Positions 22,526 to 30,580 of a stretch of 44,831 bases of DNA are shown piece after piece. Numbering within the stretch: the first letter of the stretch is position 1; every line of letters begins with the position of its first letter. Source of the DNA: a virus; the IMG/VR virus record IMGVR_UViG_3300025302_000002, positions 1 to 44,831 of that record. One strand, 5' to 3'. Both the position numbers and the translations under genes were made by a program. The notes beneath the pieces were generated by a model. The model was not told where the DNA came from. It did no database searches and was given only the letters and a program-made list of their open reading frames with translations.

Positions 22526-23803
22526 CTACTCGCTCTCGGTTTTCCCTCGGTTTTGAACGCGCGCTTCCATGGCCTTCCGGGTGGCCTTTGCCTGGATGCG
22601 GTCGTATTCCTGGGTCTGTGCGATGTCGCTGTGCGTCGCCGCGTGGCGGACAAACTCCAGCGGCACGCCGGCCGCGATGGCCTCCGAGATCGCCCCCGAG
22701 CGGCTGTCCATGTTGAACACATTCTTGGGGATACCGCACTCGTTCGCGACCTTGCGCCACTTGCGGCGGAACTCGGTATCGAACCACGGAAACTGGTGGA
22801 TTTCGCAGAGCACCACAGGCCCCGTCGCCGGCAGGAGGTCGCGCCTGGCCGTCACCTTCTTGGTCACGGGATCGGTCACAACAACCGGCTGGCCGCCGCA
22901 ATACTCCTGAAGCTCTTCCAGCACCATGGGGGCCAACTTAAGGTCCACCTCGGTCTCCTTCTGCTTCTTGCTGGTGACGTGCCGCAGGATCAGGTTCTCG
23001 TCAATCTCTTCCCAGCGGATGCCGCGGAGCCACTTCCGGCCGCGATAGATCACGTCCGAGATGCCTGGCTCGTTAAGCGGCACCCACTCGCCAATGACAT
23101 CCTTCTGGCGCATGGTGCACTCGAACTGGAAGGCCTGCACCATCGCCACGGAATCCCAGCCGAAGTGCATGCGAGCCTTGTAGCGGACGGCGTTGGCCTG
23201 CTCAGCAGTCAGGCTGACCTTGCGGGCCTTAGTACCCTCGAACCGCAGATCGTGCATGATCTGGCCGAGCCGGACGCACTCCTGGATCTCCAAGATAGAC
23301 CGGCCGAAGGTGAACAGGGTTCGCAGTTGGCCGACGAAGGCCCCGCCGATCGATGGCTTCTGGCCGCCGTTCGTCCAGCCTCGATACCACTCCAAAACCT
23401 TGCGGCCCTTGATCTCACTGAGCGGCGTGTTGCCATAGTCCGCGGACAGGCGACGGAGCAGCCCATCGGCTCCGATGCGGACCTTGTATCTGAGCTTGTG
23501 ATACTTCGAATCCGGATCGGTCTGGTAGCAGCTGATCAGCGAGCGCAGCGTGCCATCAAACGCGCCGATCTCGGGAAGGCCGCCGCGGCCGAACGTCAGC
23601 ATCTCGTCTTGCAGTCGCCGGCATGTGTCTTGGATGAACGCTATCTCAGTTTCGTTCGGTGCGGTGCCGACGAATAGCTGGCGGCTCTTCGGAGTGAAGC
23701 CCTTCTCAATCAGGTCGGTGCGGGCCTGCCAGCGGCATTCCCAGCCCTGCGTATGCTTGCGCCAGATGTGGCCGGGAGCATCAGGTATCCTAGCCGGCTT
23801 CAT
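22526..23803 (-). CDS. int: Tyrosine-type site-specific integrase (425 aa)
   Basis: Box-I-like LRGIRWEEID and a C-terminal DSRSGAISEAIAAGVPLEFVRHAATHSDIAQTQEY (Arg...His...Tyr order). Adjacent excisionase-like gene. Confidence 0.8.
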   Translation of the reverse strand: MKPARIPDAPGHIWRKHTQGWECRWQARTDLIEKGFTPKSRQLFVGTAPNETEIAFIQDTCRRLQDEMLTFGRGGLPEIGAFDGTLRSLISCYQTDPDSKYHKLRYKVRIGADGLLRRLSADYGNTPLSEIKGRKVLEWYRGWTNGGQKPSIGGAFVGQLRTLFTFGRSILEIQECVRLGQIMHDLRFEGTKARKVSLTAEQANAVRYKARMHFGWDSVAMVQAFQFECTMRQKDVIGEWVPLNEPGISDVIYRGRKWLRGIRWEEIDENLILRHVTSKKQKETEVDLKLAPMVLEELQEYCGGQPVVVTDPVTKKVTARRDLLPATGPVVLCEIHQFPWFDTEFRRKWRKVANECGIPKNVFNMDSRSGAISEAIAAGVPLEFVRHAATHSDIAQTQEYDRIQAKATRKAMEARVQNRGKTESE

Positions 23804-24051
23804 GCGATGTCCCTCCGCTGAGAGACATTAGCACCATAGAGGTTGTCGAAGTAGGCCTTCACGGCCGGCCAGTACCTTCTATCCCCCCAAAGTTTTTGCT
23901 TCTTCGGAAATCCCGCTCTCGCTTCTGCCATACGAATTGCCTCTCGTGCTTTCTTTTCCGGCACGCCAAGGCGGCGGATCAGCTCGGCATCGGTCACCCA
24001 AAGCCCCTGCTTATCTGCTCGCTCGGTGATCTCAGTTTCTGGCGTGCTCAC
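23800..24051 (-). CDS. Putative excisionase/DNA-binding protein (83 aa)
   Basis: GTG start with a 4-nt overlap with int. Basic helix-rich LIRRLGVPEKKAREAIRMAE. Called mainly on position. Confidence 0.4.
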   Translation of the reverse strand: MSTPETEITERADKQGLWVTDAELIRRLGVPEKKAREAIRMAEARAGFPKKQKLWGDRRYWPAVKAYFDNLYGANVSQRRDIA

Positions 24052-24104
24052 GAGGGTAGTGTTCCCTAACTGACTTGTTTTGTTAATAGCTGATCTGTTA
24101 CTCG

Positions 24105-24133
24105 GAATTTCAATGACTTAGGTCGAATTTCAA
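24105..24133. promoter_or_regulatory. Direct repeat GAATTTCAA x2 (20-nt phasing) upstream of the excisionase/int genes
   Basis: 24105-24113 and 24125-24133. On the - strand each reads TTGAAATTC, containing a -35-like TTGAAA. Confidence 0.4.
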
Positions 24134-24147
24134 CAACGCGTAACCCA

Positions 24148-24390
24148 TCAGCGAGCATTTTCGCTCTTGTCTGGGGTTGCTCGTTCCGCCGGAGTGATCT
24201 CTTTGGTCCTGAGATCGACGACCAACTCCATCCGCTCCCCGCGCATCACGCGCACCATGAGGTCCGGATTGATGTCCGACCACAGAATGCCGATTTGCGA
24301 AACAAGGCTCATCCCGCGCCGAACACGCAAGGGCTGCATCCGGAATCCCAGATAGTAGAGCTTCATCCCGATGTAGGAGGTGAGGGTCAC
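24148..24390 (-). CDS. Hypothetical protein (80 aa)
   Basis: GTGA overlap with the upstream stop (alternative ATG 24366). High third-position GC. Confidence 0.5.
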   Translation of the reverse strand: MTLTSYIGMKLYYLGFRMQPLRVRRGMSLVSQIGILWSDINPDLMVRVMRGERMELVVDLRTKEITPAERATPDKSENAR

Positions 24391-24596
24391 TTCCGCACAT
24401 CTTTCACAGGACGGCGGATGACTTCGACCTTCGCCATGACCGTCCGATAGCCCGAGCGCTTGTACATTTCCCACTGTCCGAGCGGCGTGAAGCACTCAAT
24501 GGCCGCGCGTCGCGAATAGGCCATGGTGCCGGCGATGATGCCAACGCGCTCCAATGAAACGGCGTACATTCGTTTGCGCTGGAAGCGACTAGCCAT
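24387..24596 (-). CDS. Hypothetical basic protein (69 aa)
   Basis: ATG 24596 with an 8-nt overlap with the upstream gene. Confidence 0.45.
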   Translation of the reverse strand: MASRFQRKRMYAVSLERVGIIAGTMAYSRRAAIECFTPLGQWEMYKRSGYRTVMAKVEVIRRPVKDVRK

Positions 24597-24900
24597 CGAT
24601 GCTCTCCTGGGGAGAGCCCTCAACTATATCGGCTTCCAGAAAATCGCTGTTAAGTCGTGGCTCGGTCTTCGCCTTCGGCGTAGCGACCAGCTTGGCTGCG
24701 TCCTTTACGTCGGACCAATCCATGTTGTTAAAGAACCAGTCGCGCAGCTCGAAATCGTCGCCCATGGTGAAGTTGAATTCTTCATCATAGGTCGTGTCCT
24801 TGTCGCGCTCGGCATAGTAAGTCGCGCGGTTCTTTGCGATCACCTCGGCAGGCACTTCCCAAACGTAGCCGCCGTCATCAATTCTTAGAACCTTTGCCAT
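24589..24900 (-). CDS. Hypothetical protein (103 aa)
   Basis: VIAKNRATYYAERD...ELRDWFFNNMDWSDV is a pattern seen in many prophages as I recall. Function unknown. Confidence 0.6.
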   Translation of the reverse strand: MAKVLRIDDGGYVWEVPAEVIAKNRATYYAERDKDTTYDEEFNFTMGDDFELRDWFFNNMDWSDVKDAAKLVATPKAKTEPRLNSDFLEADIVEGSPQESIDG

Positions 24901-25122
24901 CTATTCCCCCTGTGCTTGGTGATGCGAAGGGACCGAGCACCCGCCGGTCAAGCCGTGCTCTTCGAGCAACAAACTGACTTCGAGTGCGCTATATCGACCG
25001 ATCGCGCGCCCGGCGTAGTAGAGGGTATGGCATCCATCGGTAGGGGAGCCGGCGTCGCGTTCGTGCGTGACGCCAAGCTCCCAGAGCGTGTCAGAGATGC
25101 TGTTTCCCTCGCGCATGTTCAT
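24901..25122 (-). CDS. Hypothetical protein (73 aa)
   Basis: ORF-track ORF abutting both neighbours. Confidence 0.5.
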   Translation of the reverse strand: MNMREGNSISDTLWELGVTHERDAGSPTDGCHTLYYAGRAIGRYSALEVSLLLEEHGLTGGCSVPSHHQAQGE

Positions 25123-25313
25123 GCCTTGATGGTGACGAAGTCGCCGTTGGCGTAGTCGGCGGCGACGGAAGCGGAAGCGCTTTCCATCCAGTAGGTGGCG
25201 AACCAGTCACCCTTGAGGGCTTCGAGGTAGGCGGCGCGAAGGCGAGCAGCCTCCGCCTTGTTGCCGGCGCGGCGGGCCTTCTGGGAGGCGAGGAAGAGTT
25301 GGGTGGGGGTCAT
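25119..25313 (-). CDS. Hypothetical protein (64 aa), first gene downstream of the leftward promoter of the 25328-25384 control region
   Basis: ATG 25313. Ala/Arg-rich helical N-terminus. Confidence 0.5.
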   Translation of the reverse strand: MTPTQLFLASQKARRAGNKAEAARLRAAYLEALKGDWFATYWMESASASVAADYANGDFVTIKA

Positions 25314-25327
25314 TTGCTTGCTCCGTC

Positions 25328-25384
25328 TTGACTGTGATTACGTATATACGTTATAGTTCTGACATCGTCAATAGCGTATATACG
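25328..25384. promoter_or_regulatory. Overlapping divergent promoters with two CGTATATACG palindromes
   Basis: Rightward promoter: TTGACT (25328-25333), N18, TATAGT (25352-25357). Leftward promoter: TTGACG (revcomp of 25366-25371), N17, TATATA (25343-25348). Palindromes at 25341-25350 (12-nt ACGTATATACGT at 25340-25351) and 25375-25384. Confidence 0.6.
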
Positions 25385-25394
25385 AAAAAGAGAC

Positions 25395-25553
25395 ATGGGC
25401 CGCAAAAAAGAATGGGACGAGCGGATTTTGTTGCCGCTGAAATCAGAGACGTTGGCTGAAATCGATGAGAGCCTGGAAGATGGTGAGACACGGCTGGACC
25501 TCATCCGTTCCGGGATCGATCGGGAGCTGAAACATCGGAGGCGGAAGGGGTAG
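25395..25553 (+). CDS. Ribbon-helix-helix (Arc/Mnt/CopG-like) regulator (52 aa), absent from the ORF track
   Basis: Translation MGRKKEWDERILLPLKSETLAEIDESLEDGETRLDLIRSGIDRELKHRRRKG has a basic N-terminus, a beta-strand ILLPL and two helices. It lies downstream of the rightward promoter. Confidence 0.6.
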   Translation: MGRKKEWDERILLPLKSETLAEIDESLEDGETRLDLIRSGIDRELKHRRRKG

Positions 25554-25755
25554 AGGCGGCGTAGAGCGGCTCGACGGCGGCGTTGCGCGACGGATCAGGC
25601 CGCACGCTGGTTAGTCGCCATTTCCAAGACGGATCGCCAAAAGCCCGGAAACGCCAGGCAACCGGCTCTTCCACGCCAAGGGCGGCAGGACATGAAATGT
25701 CATGTTCATCTGCTGGCTGGCTACCCCCGCCGCAAGTGCATCTCGCTCTGATCAT
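25501..25755 (-). CDS. Hypothetical protein (84 aa)
   Basis: ATGA overlap with the upstream gene. Its 3' end overlaps the RHH gene 3' end convergently by 53 nt. Confidence 0.45.
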   Translation of the reverse strand: MIRARCTCGGGSQPADEHDISCPAALGVEEPVAWRFRAFGDPSWKWRLTSVRPDPSRNAAVEPLYAASTPSASDVSAPDRSRNG

Positions 25756-26633
25756 GCAGCACCCCCGGTCTTTCCCTCCGGGCGCGAGAGCGCGATAGTG
25801 GCACCGGCATAAAGGGGCCGTAGTTCATAAGTGCCATTGTCTAGATTGAACCTATTGCGATCCGTAAATCGCTCGAGTGGCTGGTCAAGATGGAGCCACG
25901 ATCCCCAGCGACCGCCGATGCAAGCACGCCATTCCCAAGCATCTGGCTCTCGCGCTTCCTGCGGGGCGGGGACCAGGCGAAGATAGGCGGCGATCTCCGC
26001 CCGGTTGTTCCAAAGGACCTCTTGAAGCTGGCGCACGGCATGGATGCGCAGAGCCGAGTGAGCGGAATCGCCTTCGGTCTCGGCGTTCAGCGACCGCGCC
26101 GCATCGATCTCGTCGGCTAGGGCGCTTGCTCTGCCGGCAGACACTTGCGCTGCCTGCGGTGCATCGATGCTAGCTAAGGCGGCGTCAATGGCGGCAACCG
26201 TCTTAGCGTTGTCTATGGTGCTCCAGACAGAGCTGGATGCGGCTTCCTCGACAAGATACCGCCTTGCAGCGTTCAATGCCTCGATGGTTCCGGCAGAGGA
26301 ACGCTGAGCTACCGCGTTCTCGTACAGGCTCTTGTACATGCCGGCCTCATTCTGAAGCTCGGCAAGCCGCTCCTGATCGACCGGAGCGACCGGCGACTGG
26401 GCGGCGCGACGTGCAGCAACATCGGACGCGGTCATAGCCTCGACCGACCCATCATCCATCAGCCAGTCATAGATGACCTCGCCGTTGATCGAAGCGCCGG
26501 GCATGCCGGTATAGTGCTTGACCGGCATGGGCCTGCGCGGAGCTTGGGCAGGAGCACGCATGTTGTGCGTGGCGCACGGCAGCGGGCCACCGCAAAACGG
26601 GCAGAGTTTCAAATCAGTGAATTGGTCGGTCAT
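25752..26633 (-). CDS. Hypothetical protein with an N-terminal CPFCGG zinc knuckle (293 aa)
   Basis: The N-terminus DLKLCPFCGGPLPC resembles the start of Lar-type restriction-alleviation proteins. The rest is Ala-rich helical and unknown. Confidence 0.6.
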   Translation of the reverse strand: MTDQFTDLKLCPFCGGPLPCATHNMRAPAQAPRRPMPVKHYTGMPGASINGEVIYDWLMDDGSVEAMTASDVAARRAAQSPVAPVDQERLAELQNEAGMYKSLYENAVAQRSSAGTIEALNAARRYLVEEAASSSVWSTIDNAKTVAAIDAALASIDAPQAAQVSAGRASALADEIDAARSLNAETEGDSAHSALRIHAVRQLQEVLWNNRAEIAAYLRLVPAPQEAREPDAWEWRACIGGRWGSWLHLDQPLERFTDRNRFNLDNGTYELRPLYAGATIALSRPEGKTGGAA

Positions 26634-26908
26634 TGGTTGAGCGCCTTTTTAGCAATGCTGCGCATTTTTCGGATCACTTCCCAATCAAGATCGGGCTCGT
26701 CTAAACCCGCCTGTGGGTCTTTGGTGAGTCTTTCCAATGTGGCCCGCAGCCGTGCGATCTCAGCGGCGGCATCCTTCAACATCTGCGCGTCGATGTCGGA
26801 AAAGTAACTCAGACCGCCATTACAATTCCGAACGTGGAATTGGGCGCGGTTCTCTAACTTGTCGGCCAGTGCAGCGCTCCCAGCGGATGTGTGATTGCCC
26901 CCGGTCAT
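26630..26908 (-). CDS. Hypothetical protein (92 aa)
   Basis: ATGA overlaps on both sides. Confidence 0.55.
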   Translation of the reverse strand: MTGGNHTSAGSAALADKLENRAQFHVRNCNGGLSYFSDIDAQMLKDAAAEIARLRATLERLTKDPQAGLDEPDLDWEVIRKMRSIAKKALNQ

Positions 26909-27447
26909 GCGATCACCTCGCCACGACGCAGGCGGTCCAGCAGGTTTTCCTTCTCGTTGCGGGCCTTGTTGACCTGCTCGACCAGAGACTTGACCTGGTC
27001 CTCCAGGTCCTTGATCCGTTCGTCGCGGATCAGGGTCTCATTGGCCTGGGCCACCTTCTTGCGAAGCTCGATCGCTCCCGTCTCGAACAGGCGCCCGTGG
27101 ATCACGGGATGCTGATCGGCAATCTGGCGGTTGTTGTAGGCGCCATCACTGCGCCCGGTATAGCAGATGTAGCTGCCGTCAGGGCCGCGCTTGTCGCAGG
27201 ACAAATAGCGCCGCATCTGGTCTTCATTTCCGAGAAGCAGTTGCTCGACGGCTCGCTCGGCCATGTCAACGGTCCAAGCAGCGAGGTTGTAGGCAAGGTT
27301 GTCCTTGAGGCTCCACATCAGGGATTCCTCGAACTCGCAGGACAAGTCCTTAATCTTCTTGTTGAACTGCTCCATGCTCTCTTCGGAGAGCCCGACCTGA
27401 AGCGACTGCTCCAGTGCGTCGCGCAAGTTGCCGTCGATCTTGTCCAT
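26905..27447 (-). CDS. Hypothetical protein with a coiled-coil C-terminus (180 aa)
   Basis: ORF-track ORF ending in a heptad-like IKDLEDQVKSLVEQVNKARNEKENLLDRL. Confidence 0.6.
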   Translation of the reverse strand: MDKIDGNLRDALEQSLQVGLSEESMEQFNKKIKDLSCEFEESLMWSLKDNLAYNLAAWTVDMAERAVEQLLLGNEDQMRRYLSCDKRGPDGSYICYTGRSDGAYNNRQIADQHPVIHGRLFETGAIELRKKVAQANETLIRDERIKDLEDQVKSLVEQVNKARNEKENLLDRLRRGEVIA

Positions 27448-27495
27448 TGGAATGTTCCTATGCTCGGTGCGGAGAGGTGTGCTCTGTAGTGGGGG

Positions 27496-27729
27496 TCAGC
27501 GCTTCCGCTGGTGCTTGCGATCGAGCGCGTAGATGTCGGTCCAGCCGAAGAACATCTGGATGCGCTCCCAGGTCGTCAGCCAGTGCAGGCCGCAATCCGA
27601 CGTGTAGAGCAGGGGGCCGTCGATATGCTTCCAGACGATGACCGGCTCCAGGCCCTTCGGGTATCCGACGCCGCTCTCGTCATAGACATAATCGGCGCGC
27701 TGCCACTCGGGATTGTTGGTGATGTGCAT
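27496..27729 (-). CDS. Hypothetical protein (77 aa)
   Basis: ATG 27729 is preceded by GGAGA. Confidence 0.5.
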   Translation of the reverse strand: MHITNNPEWQRADYVYDESGVGYPKGLEPVIVWKHIDGPLLYTSDCGLHWLTTWERIQMFFGWTDIYALDRKHQRKR

Positions 27730-27789
27730 CTCAAATTCTCCTGAAAAATCGGCGGCCTGTCTGTCTGGCGATGTCACCACCGCACCCGT

Positions 27790-28269
27790 TCAGCGTTCGT
27801 CCGCGGTTCGTTCATGATTTTTGGAAAGAGATTGCCCTTTTTCGGAAAGGCTTTTCCCAACGTTCTGGCTTGACAGAACGGATTGTGACGACCGCGAGTA
27901 GACCGATAGTGACGCGAGTCCCTCCATCGTCTCTTCGTGACCTGGCAACAACGGGAGCGGTAGCGAGAACCGCGTATCGTGATGGATTTCGTTGCGGATG
28001 TCGGCGCCGCAATGCGCGCATGCGTCGATATGCTTGCCGACCAGGGTGCCTGCAGCATGAATATGCTTGGGAAACGCCGACTTGTACTCGTCAGACCACG
28101 GCCATGAGCGCTCTTCGCGCAATTTGGTCGCTTCCTCACCTCGGCCATAGTTGAGCAGCCAACTATTACGGCCATCATGATCGGCCGGAAGCTGGAGGAT
28201 CAATCCCTCTGCCCACTTTTGACGATCGTGGCCACTTTGAATTTCCGTCGGCGTGCTCAGATGCGTCAT
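27790..28269 (-). CDS. Hypothetical protein (159 aa; C-terminal ~35 aa doubtful)
   Basis: ATG 28269 is preceded by GGAGA. Contains a CAHC plus His cluster and the motif LPGHEETMEGLASL. Third-position GC falls over the last ~100 nt. Confidence 0.5.
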   Translation of the reverse strand: MTHLSTPTEIQSGHDRQKWAEGLILQLPADHDGRNSWLLNYGRGEEATKLREERSWPWSDEYKSAFPKHIHAAGTLVGKHIDACAHCGADIRNEIHHDTRFSLPLPLLPGHEETMEGLASLSVYSRSSQSVLSSQNVGKSLSEKGQSLSKNHERTADER

Positions 28270-28328
28270 CTCATTTCTCCTGTGTGATCTTGGTCATGGT
28301 TGGTGACGTAGCGTCACCGCCGTAGTGG

Positions 28329-28679
28329 TCACGCGAACACCTGCCGCGCTTGCTCCTTGAGCACTTCCATTGCAGCCTCGTGATCCCCCGTCGCATTGTG
28401 CAGCGACATCGCGAGTACAAAGGGATTTACCCCCTGGTTCAGCCAGAACTCCAGCTCGTTCCCCTGGTGCTGCTGGCGATGACAGCGACCGCACAACGGG
28501 AGAGACCATCTATCGTGCGGCTTCTCTGCCATCCCCGTGTGCTTCTTGCCGTAGCGCAGGCTCCCGGTGCGCAAGTGAGCCGCCTCGGTTGCCGTGTCGT
28601 CGCCGCACATCACGCAGGGAAGTTCGCGGATGAACGCCAAATGGCCCTCGTCGCGCTCCCTCGGCTGCTTGAACCTCAT
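28329..28679 (-). CDS. HNH-like/DUF968-like zinc-binding nuclease-family protein (116 aa)
   Basis: HLAFIRELPCVMCG...AAHLRTG...LPLCGRCHRQQH shows the Cys/His order typical of DUF968/HNH phage proteins. Confidence 0.6.
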   Translation of the reverse strand: MRFKQPRERDEGHLAFIRELPCVMCGDDTATEAAHLRTGSLRYGKKHTGMAEKPHDRWSLPLCGRCHRQQHQGNELEFWLNQGVNPFVLAMSLHNATGDHEAAMEVLKEQARQVFA

Positions 28680-29068
28680 TCGTGCACCCCATCGTGAAAC
28701 ACCACGCCATGGTTGGCGCCGAATGCGCTGATAAGGTCGATCAGGTCCGTCATCTCCGCCTTGGACAGATCGGAGGATGACCGGCCCAAACTCACGAAGC
28801 CGTTGCCGTCCAGGTTCGGCACCATGCGGACTTCGCGCTTCAGTGCGTCCAGGAAGATCAGTTTCCAATCGTCAGCAGTCAGGGTCAGCCCGTGCCACTT
28901 CACTTGAGAAGCGAGATCGGTCAGCATGGCCCACATGCGATCGTTTTGGGGCAGGGAGCGCTTGGGCGCTTTGAACTCAATGCGCGTGCCCTCCGGCAGC
29001 TTCGCAGCCCAGTGAGCTGCGCGCTGGCGGATATCCGGCGATGAGAGAACGAGAACGGCGCGTGTCAT
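28676..29068 (-). CDS. ninB: NinB/Orf-family recombination mediator (130 aa)
   Basis: RSLPQNDRMWAMLTDLASQVKWHG...DDWKLIF...VPNLDGNGFVSLGRSSS aligns by eye with lambda NinB. Confidence 0.85.
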   Translation of the reverse strand: MTRAVLVLSSPDIRQRAAHWAAKLPEGTRIEFKAPKRSLPQNDRMWAMLTDLASQVKWHGLTLTADDWKLIFLDALKREVRMVPNLDGNGFVSLGRSSSDLSKAEMTDLIDLISAFGANHGVVFHDGVHE

Positions 29069-29092
29069 TGCTTCCCCCGAAGCGTCGAAAGG

Positions 29093-29563
29093 TCAGAACG
29101 GGATGTCGTCGTCCATGTCGGAGTTGCGGCCGGATGAGATCGGGTCTGGCCTCTTTGGTGCGGCGCGCTGACTCGTCGGCGCCGGCTCGTCGGCTTCGTC
29201 CTTGGCCGGCGTCCTGCCATCGAGAAGCGTCATCGCCGAGTTGAAGCCCTGAAGAACAACCTCAGTCGAATACTTTTCGACTCCGGACTGATCGGTCCAC
29301 TTGCGGGTTTGCAACGACCCTTCGATGTAAACCTTGCTGCCCTTCTTCAGGTACTGCTCTGCAATCTTGCAGAGCGGTTCGGAGAAGATGACGACGCGGT
29401 GCCACTCGGTCTTTTCCTTGCGCTCGCCGCTGTTCTTGTCGCGCCACGTCTCCGAGGTCGCGACCGTCAGATTGCAGATCGGCTTGCCGTCCTGCGTGCG
29501 GCGGACCTCCGGGTCTTTGCCGAGGTTGCCGAGGATTATGACCTTGTTGACCGAGCCCGCCAT
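29093..29563 (-). CDS. ssb: Single-stranded DNA-binding protein (156 aa)
   Basis: The N-terminus [16 protein letters not shown] is an OB-fold pattern, and the acidic tail ends in DDDIPF. Confidence 0.95.
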   Translation of the reverse strand: MAGSVNKVIILGNLGKDPEVRRTQDGKPICNLTVATSETWRDKNSGERKEKTEWHRVVIFSEPLCKIAEQYLKKGSKVYIEGSLQTRKWTDQSGVEKYSTEVVLQGFNSAMTLLDGRTPAKDEADEPAPTSQRAAPKRPDPISSGRNSDMDDDIPF

Positions 29564-30243
29564 TATTCTGCTGCCTCTGAGGTTGTGGACGCGCCGATGC
29601 GGTCCAGGGTGTCGTTAAGGTGCCGCCGCATCGCGACCGGCATTTGCGCGATGGTGCCGGCGTTACGCTCACGAAGATCCGCCGCCTCTGCGGCGCTCGT
29701 CACGAAATGCTTCACGACCTGATTGGCGAAGGAGTAGGCGACGCGCCCAGCTCGCAAGCCCCAACCTGCCTTGAGGCAGAAGTCTTCGTGGACCTTGTCC
29801 AGTTCTTTCCGGACACCATCGGCCAGGAAGGAGGACTTGCCGCGTTGGACGATCGCCACCCACGGGGAATCCATCTCGTACAGGTAGCGGCCGACACCCC
29901 AACGCACAGCGGCGCGCTTCAAGGCATCGGAAAGCATGCCCTTCTCGCCCTCAACGTCAGTGGCGCCGGCCCCGTCCGCCTTCCAGATCCAGTTGCCGCT
30001 CGGCATCAGGACGCCGATGTTGCAGATCGCGATGGCGCCGCTCATGGTGTAGTTGCACTGCCAGCCATCGGGCCCGCAGACCGCGTCAAAGCGATCCATG
30101 ACGGCGCGGGCGTCCATGTAGGCCAGCGCCATGCCCTTGGTCTTATCCTGGTTGGTGCTGCCGATGCGCCACTCGATCTCCTCGGCCGCGAAGGGGCGGC
30201 AGAGTTCATCGAACATCTCTTGGGCGGTTTCGAAGTTGCTCAT
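29563..30243 (-). CDS. Rad52/22-family single-strand annealing protein (226 aa)
   Basis: ATG 30243 with GAGGAA upstream. The motif [23 protein letters not shown] is typical of Rad52-like phage recombinases. Confidence 0.8.
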   Translation of the reverse strand: MSNFETAQEMFDELCRPFAAEEIEWRIGSTNQDKTKGMALAYMDARAVMDRFDAVCGPDGWQCNYTMSGAIAICNIGVLMPSGNWIWKADGAGATDVEGEKGMLSDALKRAAVRWGVGRYLYEMDSPWVAIVQRGKSSFLADGVRKELDKVHEDFCLKAGWGLRAGRVAYSFANQVVKHFVTSAAEAADLRERNAGTIAQMPVAMRRHLNDTLDRIGASTTSEAAE

Positions 30244-30563
30244 CGGCGGAATTTCCTCACGTTGGAGCCGACCGGGATTGAGCGCGGCGGGGGCTCCTCG
30301 CCGTTGTCGATACGGAGACAGGTGAGGGTGGCGGTCAACGTGTTGTAGGCCGACCACAGATCAGCCTCGACGCGTGGCGTAAACGCCGGCTTGGCAACCG
30401 GGTCATTGCGGAGCTTCGACAGCTCCTGCACCGCCAGGAACGCATCACGCGCGGCCATCTCGACCTTGACTTGCGCGATTTCCTTCGGGGTCTGCGGCTC
30501 CTCGTCCTCGACCGCGCGGCGGACGGTTTCAAAAAGCTGGTTGTCCAGATCAAAGTCAGACAT
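30240..30563 (-). CDS. Hypothetical protein (107 aa)
   Basis: ATG 30563. ATGA overlap with the annealase gene. Confidence 0.55.
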   Translation of the reverse strand: MSDFDLDNQLFETVRRAVEDEEPQTPKEIAQVKVEMAARDAFLAVQELSKLRNDPVAKPAFTPRVEADLWSAYNTLTATLTCLRIDNGEEPPPRSIPVGSNVRKFRR

Positions 30564-30580
30564 GACGCCCATAACTGTCC

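Noticed and set aside
25310-25504. 64-aa - strand ORF from the track covering the 25314-25500 gap.
   Set aside because: It is exactly antisense to the RHH ORF, is Ser/Arg-rich and has no SD. The promoter and operator geometry supports the + strand 52-aa gene instead.
27771-28178. Three additional overlapping ORFs (127 aa on +, 134 aa and 69 aa on -) over the 27790-28269 gene.
   Set aside because: Only the 159-aa frame has an SD-preceded ATG and protein-like sequence. The others are Arg/Ser-rich shadow frames.
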